From Dendrobates tinctorius (lineage: Eukaryota): a stretch of 64,000 nucleotides of DNA. Positions within the stretch are counted from its first letter, which is position 1; the number at the start of each line of letters is the position of its first letter. Where the stretch lies: positions 43,896,001 to 43,960,000 of the forward strand of contig NW_027361714.1 in assembly GCF_039654945.1 (NCBI RefSeq). The letters are read 5' to 3'. Both the position numbers and the translations under genes were made by a program. Shown piece after piece: positions 26,267 to 38,500 of this stretch. The notes under the pieces are model-generated. The model saw only the letters and a list, made by a program, of their open reading frames with translations, ran no database searches and was not told the DNA's origin.

Positions 26267-27544
26267 TTAAATGACGCTCCACGGACTTTATTTGCATATT
26301 CGTATTTCCCAGGGAGCATTGCACCTAGGATTTCACTGATTGAGTGCCTTTGCCGGCTGCCGCAGTGTTTTCTTTGACTGGTCTCCCTGAGGTCAGTGAT
26401 TGTTTCGTGAACTTGGTAATGAGACATTTTTATAGGCCATCAGTTGAACCAGCTGATATTATTTTGCTTTCTAATTACCGTATTTTCCAGCGTATAAGAC
26501 GACTTTTTAACCCCTGAAAATTTTCTTAAAAGTAGGGGGTCGTCTTATGCGCTGTGTGTCATCTTATAGGGCGAATGCGGAGCTCTGCGGTCACCACATA
26601 TTGTGGGGGGGGGGTGGTCCCGACGTCGAGGCGAGGGGTAAGTGAAGTATCCCTATTACCTCATTGTGGTAGTGGTGCTCTGTGCGGCTCGCTGTGCTGG
26701 GGGGGCGGCTCTGCTGGCATTTTGTCAAAGCCCGGAGGCTTTGTGCTGCGATGTGGTGGCCTCCAGGAAAATGGCCGCTGTGGGCGGCTCATGCTCAGAT
26801 CTCGCTTTTTGCGTCTCTCTTTCATGTGTTCAATACTTTTTTCCCTGTGTCATTTCTCATTATTACACATCACTTAATTTATGGACATTTATGGTCTGAT
26901 TTCTTTCCCTGTGTGGATTGGATGGGTTTTTACCAGCATCTGGAGAATTTCAGGTCAATAGCACCTTTAGAAATATATTTAGTTAGAAAATTGGTGTCGT
27001 GTTCACCAGCTCTATATAAAGATATATTTCATGTTTCTGCCCAGAGCCCACAGGTTAAGAGCTTATGCCTGATGTTCTATAGGAAAGCAAGCAGGACGTC
27101 AATAGAAATGTCGTTCTCACACTTGCTGCAGTTGTAGAGTACATGGAAAAAACTAAAAGATATTGATCAGCAGATGTTTGTCTATTAAACAGCATCTACT
27201 TATAGGCTACTCAATTCATTTATACACGTGTACTTGAAAAAAGAAGGAGAGTCTCAGACTTTCCAGTGTGGGCGAGCTGGTAAAACAAAAAATAAAATAA
27301 AAATGTTGTGTTTGAACTGTTCACACCGTGTTTTGTTGTAATAAAAGCCACATCCTTTGCTCGATGCCTACAATGCAAAATACCACGGCAGTGAAGAAGT
27401 GCACTGGCACAAATCTCATATGAACCACCTCCATTGTGTGGTTTACAATATATAAAGTAAAAAAAACAAAATTTATAATCTGGACCCTTTCCCATATGCT
27501 TGAAAAAAATAAGAAAAAATGATAAAGGCATAGCTACTCATTAA

Positions 27545-28513
27545 CCCATGCACCACTTTTGATGTATATTTACGCCAAAGGTCGTGCCCCTGTGGCTTTC
27601 GTCATTTAACACGCGTCAGCCGGAAGAAAGTCATTAATCCCGCCAATCGGCATCTGTCTTGTGATCGCGCGGCACCAATGGGTTGTCATTACATCTGTAG
27701 TTCTACTGAGGATCCCCGTACCTGACAATGTGAATTTCTTGTAAAATAGTTGATTGTCGTTTCTGCTATACACAGCAATGCTGAAGCCCCACTATGTATA
27801 TCAAAAACAATCAGACGATCACAGCTTCAAGTCTCCTGAGGGGACTACTGAAGTCAGTAAAAAGTGAAAAAAATAAAACTCTAATTCAAGTAACCCACCT
27901 TATCCCCCACTAAAAATAAAACAATTTAAAAAAATACACATTTGGTATTGGTGCATTCAGAAATGTCTGATCTATCTAAAGATAAAATAAATGAATCAGA
28001 TCTGTAAATGACATAGCGAGAAAAAAAAAAAACACTAGAATTACGTTTTTTGGATAGCAGCAACATTGCAAAAAAGAGGCGATCAAGACATTGCATTAAC
28101 TCAAAATGGTATCAATAAGAGATGTCAGCTCAAGCCGCAAAAAAAAAAAAAAAGTCCTCACCCAGCCCCAGATCCCGAAATATGGAAACGCTACTGGTCT
28201 CGGAAAATGGAGACAAATTCTGTCTTACAAATTTCTGAACTGTTTTTGACTATTTAAATAAAAGAAAAACGATACATGTTGGGATTTGCCTATTCATAAA
28301 GACCTGCCAAGTCAGTTTTACCATACAGTGAACATGGTAAATAAAAAAGTCATAAAACAATTGTGGAATTGGACTTTTTCCAGTACGCTATATGGTAAAA
28401 TGAAAAAGCAAGCCCTCATACAGCTATATTGACGGAAAAATAAAAAGGTTATGGCTCTTAAGGGAGGAAAAAACAAAAACGCAAAAACAGAAAATCACAA
28501 GCTCATGAAGGGG
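27545..28513. mobile_element. Degenerate piggyBac-like non-autonomous element
   Basis: ttaa|cccatgcacc start and catgaagggg|ctaa end resemble ccccttcatg TIRs with a decayed TTAA. Confidence 0.45.
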
Positions 28514-29917
28514 CTAAAGGGCTTATCTGGGACTTTTGCATTTTTATCTAAAGGGAACCTGTATATCCCCAAAAATACCTTTTGAATTGCTCCCGCACTG
28601 TATGGAAATCAGGACTGTCCGGTCCGATGTGTCACACGGCTCTGGCATCTGTTCCCCCTCGTTGCTGCTAATCACTGTCCTCCGGTTTCGACTGATGTGG
28701 ATCACGAGTCCTACGTTATCCACATAGTCCAACGAAATCACGCGCCTGTGCCGGAGTATAGCCAGCTTGTGCAGATGCACTGTCCTCTGCCCTACTGCGG
28801 GCATGCGCAGTTATGTTTTATTGCTTGCTGCCTGCCTGGCACCGATTTATGCTGGCTCAGAGTGGTCATGGACCGCTCCTGCAGGCGATTCTGCCGCTTT
28901 GTTTGATTACACAGCAACAGAGCAGTCCTCATTATTCTAGTCTACTTTGTCGAAGGGGCATGCTGATTGATAGCCGGCGGCGGACAGTTAGGTGATGGAG
29001 GAGGCACCTGTCAATCAGCATGACATCGGCAGAGACGCGCTGCCAACAGAGCAAAGCAGAAAACAAGCTGCTGGCACAAGCCGTCCATGGCGGATAAACC
29101 CTTTAAATGTAGGCTGAGCTTGGCATAGAGGTGAAAAAGCATGAGATTTTACAATATGACCCTCGAACCTCACAGCTGCAGAAAGACAATCATTTGTGGA
29201 TGATTTTGCTTTAGCTTTGGTTTTTTTGCACTGTATTAGGAAAATGTAAAATGATTTTAGAGAAGCTGAAAATACCCATTAATGGCGAATCTTAAAACCT
29301 TGGAATATCATGCGCATAATATACACTAGGAATGATGAAAAGGGTAAGCTGCAGTCGTTTAGATAGAGGGGTTTCCCTCTTGCATCTTTATTAAGTATAC
29401 ATCTAATAGGCACACACAAGAGCCAACATATTTCATAAGAAAAATATTATATCTATGGCATTTAAAAAGTTTCCAACAAAGAAACTAAAAATATTTGTAA
29501 GCCCAGGCTTTACATGATTTGAGCAAAAGCTAAGAAATAGGCAGTGCATGTTTAGGAAAATAAATATCAATAATACGGAGTATAAAAAGTATTTTGTAGG
29601 TATCAGAAAAATCACTGATAAAATTACTAGTTGTAAAAAAAAAAATCTGGGTAGGTTGTTAGGCAATCAAAAATACAGTGAATGCTCCTTTATCTCCCCT
29701 AAAACTGAATTTTCCAAATGTATGCAGAATCTGGCCCCTTTCACTTCCGAATCGAAAAGTTGCTGGTGTTGCAGAGGCGTCCGTTTGACAGGTCTCATGC
29801 ATGGCCTGCACATATCGTACACTTACTGACAGGTGAACATTTCCCGCTGTCAACACAATGTCAACAGCACTTTTAACATCTAAACGCATTAGAGACATGT
29901 TCTAGATAACCCCTTAA

Positions 29918-30475
29918 AGCGGTTTTAACCAAAAAAAAAAAAAGTTATTTTTAATCAACATTTAAATCAACAAATCTTTGAATAATATTAAGTTCCACAA
30001 TTGGATGTCTTTAGAAATATTGTTCCTGTGCTGAGATAATCTTATAAATGTGCCCCTGCTGTGTAATGGTTGTGTCTGACCGTGCAGGGATATGATCTCA
30101 TCATACCACAGCTCCTGGGCAGGGGAGGAAGCAAAACAGTATACAGACATTACAGCAGGGGATTGTTTCTTCGAGGAAAAACTTTGTTTTAAGAAATGGC
30201 AGTGAAATGTTTTGCCTCATAAAATGAATAACTTGTGATCCCATGCTGTCATGTCTGTATACTATTTTGCTTCCTCCCCCCGCCAGGAGCTGTGGTATGA
30301 TCAGACCATGTTCCTGTATAGTCAGACACGGCCATTACACAGTACACAGCAGGGGCACATTTATAAGATTATCTCAGCACAGGAACATTTTATTTAAACG
30401 CATCCAATTGTGGAACTTATTATTCCAATGTCTATTACCGCAATTAAAATGTACTTTCTGTGAGGGAAAGACCCT
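29918..30475. mobile_element. T2/Kolobok-type palindromic MITE in the putative 3' UTR of the HBS1LV3 exon
   Basis: TTAA flanks; 29990-30160 is the reverse complement of 30240-30425. Confidence 0.75.
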
Positions 30476-30693
30476 TTAAGGCCCATAAATTCACGTACAA
30501 AATACTTTCAAGAGGAGAAAAAAAAAAAAAAAAGATACTGCTTTTGGATCTAAAAGTAATAAAACTCCTCGGCATATAATGAAATATAAAAAGTTTCTAA
30601 AATATAACTAAATATACAGCTCAATTTACACATACAATCAAGAAAATATTTCTGTAAAAAAAGGGGTAAACATAGATATTAGGACTCCTTTAA

Positions 30694-31971
30694 CTATCTC
30701 ATAAAGGCCTTTTTCTGACTTTCTTTTACAATGTCATCAGGGGAGGGAGTCTGGAAATCAAATGGCATTATCTGGGTTTGATTTGTGTAATTAGGTAGCG
30801 TTAATTCCTTATTTCGGCAGTTTGGTGGTTGCGCTACTAAAAACGACTTCCTGCATGCTTTAGGAATGTAGGTAAAACATAAGCTTAATGCAAATGTGGA
30901 GGGCTTGGCTTTCAACGATTTAACCCAAAGGTCGGGTTTCTTGCGATTTTTAGAGCTCAGACTTTTCACTGAAGGTATACACTTCTCACTTTTGTGTTCT
31001 AACGGATCAGGTGCAGCAGGGTTTACAGTAAGACCTGAAGGATCGAGACCGTCCAGAGGCTCACTAATGAGAAAGCGGAGATCTATGTTGGTATCGGTCT
31101 CCGTCAGGGTCACTCCACTGGACTGAAACAAATTGTGGAGGTCATCATGAGGTTTGTTGTTGGCTTCAACAATGAGATCAGACAGGGAAACGTGAAAGTC
31201 TCCCTGATCAGTGCTCTGAGAAACAGCTAGGGATGACAGAGATGTGGTCAGAGATGGGACATCTAATGCTGCACTAGGCCCGTCAGATAACTGAGACAAT
31301 GGAGCAAACAATCCAGTCTGCAAGTCTGTATTACACCGATTCTTCTGAGGGGAATTGATCACAAGAATCTGTAAAGGGTTCCTTTCCTGGTGCTCCTGGA
31401 TCAGATCAGTCAGTGATGGACTTCCATACTTTGGTACAGACAGATTTTCTCCATCAGAGGACATACTATCCTCTGAATTTAAGACTGAACTTAGGCTTCC
31501 AAATAAAGTTGCCTTTTCACGCAAGACATGATTTTCTGGCCCAGAATTTATGGGGAAGGAACTTATTTGAGAACCATGTAGGCCACCGACAGTCACATTC
31601 ATGGATTTTTCTACACTAATAGATGATTGACTTAGCTGCATCAAATCAGGAAGCGGGGCTGAGGGTTGATGGCAGGACACAGACATGTCACTCACAGGCG
31701 AATGATTCATTAAATCCTGCAGACTAATCTGTGACAGTGCAACGGGTTTTCCATCGCCAAAGGTTTGCTGCGAGCCATCGTTTATAAGGGCAGATAGAGT
31801 CAAACTGGGAGTAGAATCAGAAAAAATGTTCTTGCTACCATCTATACGACCACCAGGAAGACTACTACTCTGCGACCGTCTACTTGCTGGCTCATTAATC
31901 GTTAACTGTGAATGGTCGGCACATTCTGAGTTCAGGAGTAAAGACGATAACGCTTGGTCACTGGGTAAGTG
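30694..31971 (-). CDS. HBS1L: HBS1L alternative terminal exon encoding the C-terminus of the short SKI7-like isoform (HBS1LV3); 5' boundary uncertain (31971 or 31925)
   Basis: Open frame 31995-30694. Motifs match the human V3 exon as recalled: LTLSALIND, SPSLTDLIQEH, LSSLA, SLSDLI, DTNIDL, WVKSLKAKPSTFALSLC and terminal PFDFQTPSPDDIVKESQKKAFMR*. It lies downstream of HBS1L exon 4 on the same strand. Confidence 0.93.
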   Translation of the reverse strand, partial: HLPSDQALSSLLLNSECADHSQLTINEPASRRSQSSSLPGGRIDGSKNIFSDSTPSLTLSALINDGSQQTFGDGKPVALSQISLQDLMNHSPVSDMSVSCHQPSAPLPDLMQLSQSSISVEKSMNVTVGGLHGSQISSFPINSGPENHVLREKATLFGSLSSVLNSEDSMSSDGENLSVPKYGSPSLTDLIQEHQERNPLQILVINSPQKNRCNTDLQTGLFAPLSQLSDGPSAALDVPSLTTSLSSLAVSQSTDQGDFHVSLSDLIVEANNKPHDDLHNLFQSSGVTLTETDTNIDLRFLISEPLDGLDPSGLTVNPAAPDPLEHKSEKCIPSVKSLSSKNRKKPDLWVKSLKAKPSTFALSLCFTYIPKACRKSFLVAQPPNCRNKELTLPNYTNQTQIMPFDFQTPSPDDIVKESQKKAFMR

Positions 31972-33312
31972 CTGTAAAGAGGTAAATAAGGCTTCTTACC
32001 TTACCATGGCCAATAGTATTCAGGTTGATGAAAAAAATGCAATCCATACAAGATGTCAGCAGGAACAATACATAAGAGAAAGAAAGACAAAAAAGGCATT
32101 TATTTGCTAAATGTCACAAGAAAATCCTTACATAACATAGATCATTTTTTAAAGAAATTTTTGCGCACATAGAAAAGAGCTATTTTTTGCAGACAAATAA
32201 CAGCACTACGTAGAAACCAGTTTTATCCCCCCTAAAGTTCTCCCGTTATTTTTATTTTCTAAACATGAGTAGGTGTTTATATGCCCCCCAATCGCCGCCT
32301 TCTACTGTTTCCAGCACCGCTCCTCTTCTGAGCTCCTCTCTGGACCACACTGCACTTTGTGTCACCCGTTAGGCGGTTACATTTTAAGTCTATGGAGACC
32401 TATTCTCATGCTCGTTAGCAGGGCTTCCCAAACCAGGTCCTCTTGGCCCCCAACACATCAGGTATTGCACACATGACAGAACCTGTGGCAGTTTCGGATG
32501 CCATAATAGTACTTCCATCACCTGTGCAATACTTAGGAAATCCTGAAATCATGATCTGTTGGGGGCCATGAGGACTGGAGTTTGGGAAACACTACTCTAT
32601 AGACTTACACTGTAAGGCACTTCTGGGTCACGCAGAGCGCAGGGTCATCCGGACAGAGTTGAAAGAGCAGTCACATGACTTAAATAGGTGGTGTATAGCA
32701 GAAAAGACTGAGCCGTGAGTATATTAACACACACTTCAGGAATCAAAAAAATAACAGGAGGGCTTCATTTATCAGATCAAGACTGGGTCATTTACTCCCA
32801 ACCCTGACCAGAATACAGAATGGCACGGAGCTGCGCTACTATGCAGTGATGCTTTAGGACGCAACTGCAAAGAAGAAGCAGGACCACCTAAACGTTTATG
32901 CTTTTATGAAGCAGGTAAAGGGAACCTCTAATAAAGTTCAATTCCTCCCGGCAGCGGGGCTCTCACTGCAGCAGCCGCACGGTGTAAGAACACTAGTAAC
33001 CCCAAATCTGCAGGTTAATACCCTTATTTTACGTGACAGGTTGCCTTTAATGTCACAGGCAGTATTATCCATTTTTAAACTCTGATATGCAGTAATAACT
33101 TTGGAATGACTGTATCCACCCCGGTGATTCACAGCCTGTTTCTCCGTTGCACATTAGTAGTAAATAGTGTTGAGCATTCCGATGCCGCAAGTATCGGGTA
33201 TCGGCCGATATTAGCGGTATCGGAATTCCGATACTGACTTCCGATACTTTTGTCATATCGGATACCGGAATCGGAAGTTCCCATCATGCTATGAGCCTGC
33301 TTGCTTTGATTA

Positions 33313-33445
33313 AGCCAATGGGAATCCTCCGAAGTGTGGGCACATCCTGTTAGGCATGTAGGCATGTTAACTATTGGCATGGCTGTGATTGGCTGCCGAA
33401 ATGATGTCATGATGCACTATAAAAGCCACCGCAGCCGCCATTTCT
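33313..33445 (+). promoter_or_regulatory. Putative Pol II promoter of the hAT transposase
   Basis: CCAAT at 33315, ATTGG at 33373 and 33388, TATAAAA at 33418-33424, downstream YY1-like GCCATTT at 33437; same orientation as the transposase. Confidence 0.55.
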
Positions 33446-33539
33446 GGTTCACTCTGCTGTGAATTCAGTTAGGGACAGGCTGCTGTAGAAGACTGTGAGG
33501 GACAGTTAGAAATAGCGATTCCACCAAACATATAGTGCT

Positions 33540-34340
33540 TTACCCAGGCTACATAAACCACCACTGTAGCCTTCTTTGCCCTAGCAGCAGTGTTCACAGC
33601 TGTCTGCAAGGGCTGTGTGAGTGCAGCTCACGCTGTGGAGTGGGTCCTGCAGCCACGTCTGGTTGTAGGCTGCCCAGCGTGCCTCACTGCTGCCTCATAC
33701 ATCTTTTAATTTTTGAGCTGCATTTTTTACATAATTTCAATCTAGTGTGCTTCCATCCGTATCCATATACGTTGGTTGCAAACACTAGTAGTAGACAGCG
33801 GAGCCTTTCTGCAGCCTTTCAGTGCTAGTGTCCACTTTGCTGCACTGTTCACGGCTGTCTGAGAGGTCTCTGACTGTGTGTGAGTGCAGCTCACGCTGAG
33901 TAGTGTGTCCTGCAGCTACGTCTGGTTGTAGGACGCTCAGCGAGCGTCAGTGCCTCACACATTTTTATTTGAGTGCAGCTCATTTTTTCTTCTATTAGTG
34001 TGCATCCATCCGTCTCCATCTACGGTGGTTGCAAACACTACATAGGAGTACACAGCGGAGCCTTTCTGCAGCCTGTCAGTGCCAGTGCCCACTTAGCTGC
34101 ACTGTTCACGGCTGTCTGAGAGGTCTCTTGACTGTGTGTGAGTGCAGCTCACGCTGAGTAGAGTGTCCTGCAGCTACGTCTGGTTGTAGGACGCTCAAGG
34201 TGCGTCACTGCCTCACACATATTTGTCTTTGAGTGCAGCTAATTTTTTCTTCTCCTATTAGTGTGCATCCATCCGTATCCATCAACATTGGTTGGTTGCA
34301 AACACTATATAGGAGTAGATAGAGGAGCCTTTTTTTCTGG
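33540..34340. repeat. About 3 copies of a ~256-bp tandem repeat in the hAT 5' region
   Basis: gttcac(a/g)gctgtc recurs at ~33592, 33847 and 34104. Confidence 0.85.
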
Positions 34341-34984
34341 CTTGTGCCCTGCCGGCGCAGCCAGATTAGTATTACCCAATTTTTTTGGAGCCTCATCTTT
34401 TGCATTGTAGGTTACCTGCCTGCATTGTAATAGCTCCAAAAAGTTGGTGATACTATCAGTTTCAATTCTTTGTTCACATACTTTGAGTTTGTTTCCAACA
34501 AAGAAACCACAAAAAAAGTTCACCAAACACTACAATTGGAACTTGTGTATGCCACATCAGCTCCTATTAAAGTGTAGTCCACACGCACACACTTCATAAA
34601 ATTAGTGTTTCTTGTACCTGTAACCAGCTGTTCAGGAATAAGCACACTAAGGCTACTTTCACACATCAGGTTTTCGGCGTCAGGCGCGATCCGGCGTCGT
34701 GCCGGAATGCCGGATCCGGCAAATGTTTTGTAAAACCTGATGTGCCGGATCCGGTTTTCTGCCGGATCCGTCTTTTTCTTGACAGACAAAACCGGATCCG
34801 TCTCATCCGGTTCATCCGTTTTTCGACGGATTACGCCGGATCCGGTTTTTAAAATTGACCCTTGTGGCCTTCCGAACGGGATTGGCTACTGGAAAACTAT
34901 ATATAGCATGTTCCTACAGCCCTTCTTTGACAGGTTGTAGAGGAGAAAGCGCAGGTTGGAGAGAAGAGCAAGTTACTGGCGAAG

Positions 34985-36365
34985 GTGGATGTTGTCATTG
35001 GAAATATTTTGAAGAATTTGGCGGATTTTATAGCGGAGGCGAATCGTTTGAGGGTGATTGTTCTGGAGAAGGAGAGAGCGAGACAGCAGCGCATCAGGCA
35101 TCGTAGCCGACGTTTGTGGATCCACCCCATCACAGCCAAGAGAATGACGCGTGGGGTCTATTCTACACTCTGCATGGACCTTCGACGAAACCCGGATAAA
35201 TTTTTTGGATATGTTCGGATGAAAATGGAGAATTTTGATTACTTGGTGGAGCGCATTGCACACCTCATAAGAAAAGCGGACACCTATTGCCGCTTCTCTG
35301 TTTCACCCGCAGAGCGTCTGATGGTGACTTTAAGGTAAGCCACATTTATTGGATGTGATTGCATCAGAGCACACTTTCACTGCAATCTTGTTGGTGGTAG
35401 TTTGTATCTCCAAGTGTTATAGCTCAGTTTTGGTATGTAATGCTGTGATTTAAAACTAATTTATTGTTTTTTAATTCCCCACAGATTTCTTGCAACTGGA
35501 GAATCCCTTTCGTCACTGCATTTCCAGTACAGACTCGGGATTTCCACCATATCTGGAATTGTGAAGTACACATGCCGTGCACTGTGGGACTCCTTAGCTG
35601 GAGTTTTTACCAGAGCCCACAACAGAGAGGTGGATTGAAATTGCTGACAAGTTTCAACAGATATGTCAGTTTCCCAACTGCTTGGGCGCTGTGGACGGGA
35701 AACATATCCGCATTGTAAAGCCAGCTGGATCGGGATCGGAATATTTCAATTACAAGAAATATTTTTCAATTGTCCTCATGGCTATCGCTGACGCGGAATA
35801 CAAATTTATTGCGGTTGATATTGGGGCCTATGGCCGCTCCAATGACTCTCAAGTTTTCAAACTGTCTGCCATGGGGCGTAAACTGTATGGAAACACCTTC
35901 CAGTTCCCACCACCTAGACCGCTGCCGCAAACATCTGGTCCACCTATGCCATTTGTCTGTGTAGGGGATGAAGCCTTCCAGCTGTCAGAACACCTTTTGA
36001 AACCGTACTCTAGCAGAGGATTGACAAGACCAAAACGCATTTTTAATTACCGCCTCACAAGAGCAAGAAGAATGGTTGAATGTACCTTTGGTATTCTGAC
36101 AGCCAAATGGCGGGTCCTATTGACTGCGATCAACCTCAAGACAGAAACTGTGGACGAGGTGATCAAAGCTTGCGTGGTACTCCACAATTTTGTTATCTGC
36201 AAGGAACCCATTTCCATTGAGGACACCTCTGAAGAAACCACCTTGCAAGATTACCATGACATTACCACTAGAAGTTCTGTGACGGTTTCAGTAATGAGGG
36301 ACAATTTTGCACTATACTTTATGTCACCTCAAGGCAGAGTACACTGGCAGGATGACAGAGTGTGA
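34985..36365 (+). pseudogene. Harbinger DDE transposase (DDE_Tnp_4/HARBI1-like), 2 exons: 34985-35334 and 35485-36365
   Basis: RRLWIHP, FFGYVRM, SPAERLMVTLR|FLATG across a GT-AG intron, GAVDGKHIRI, YFNYKKYFSIVL, VGDEAF, FNYRLTRARRMVECTFGIL. Start is GTG rather than ATG, and there is one frameshift near 35595. Confidence 0.92.
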
Positions 36366-36643
36366 AAGATTTGTGCCCTAACCAAACTTGTGTACCTTCT
36401 GTACCAACAGTATATACCTTTGCCAACCAAAGTTGGCTATCTTGTCATGGTCTCTATTTTTAGCTTTAGGCCACTGGTGTGTACCTGGTTGTGTTTTATG
36501 CAAAGTATTTCACCTTTTAACAAAAGTTGTGTACATTGTTAGGAAATCACCAACAATAAACACAACTTTTCAGGTGAAATACTTTGCTTCAAACACAACC
36601 AGGAACACAACTGTGGCAAAAAGCTAAAATTTACCCACAGTTA

Positions 36644-38278
<1,635 letters not shown>

Positions 38279-38500
38279 TATATACCTGGTTTTGAATACC
38301 TTTTTACCTTTTAAATACCCTGTATTTAACCTTTTTTTTAAACATATTTCGCCGCAGAAAGAAATGACAGACAACCAGTGTAAACAATTTAACTTTTATT
38401 TAAAATATTTTTTTTTGTGTAAACTGTTTTTAAAGTTAAAAAAACTTTTTAATAAAGGTTTGAAACCAACCAAATGGGCATTTTTATTACAAAAAAAACA

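Larger units (their letters stand above)
22150..26408. mobile_element. Penelope-like insertion with inverted partial duplication, interrupted by the piggyBac-like element
   Basis: 13-bp duplication aacttggtaatga at 22137-22149 and ~26410-26422. 22148-22240 is inverted relative to 22458-22517 plus 26271-26301. Contains a hammerhead motif. Confidence 0.7.
21612..27003 (-). mobile_element. Old Tc1 remnant split by nested insertions (pieces 21612-22149, ~26410-26470, ~26810-27003)
   Basis: Minus strand reads KTSELSQDLFNLIVAKYTDGIGYRRI. Tc1 sequence resumes after the duplicated aacttggtaatga. A Tc1/mariner-like MITE fragment (taccgtattttcc...tataagacg) lies at ~26476-26810. Confidence 0.65.

Noticed and set aside
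27220-27278. Acceptor-like ttttaccag followed by a short frame on the minus strand
   Set aside because: No similarity to HBS1L and no convincing donor.
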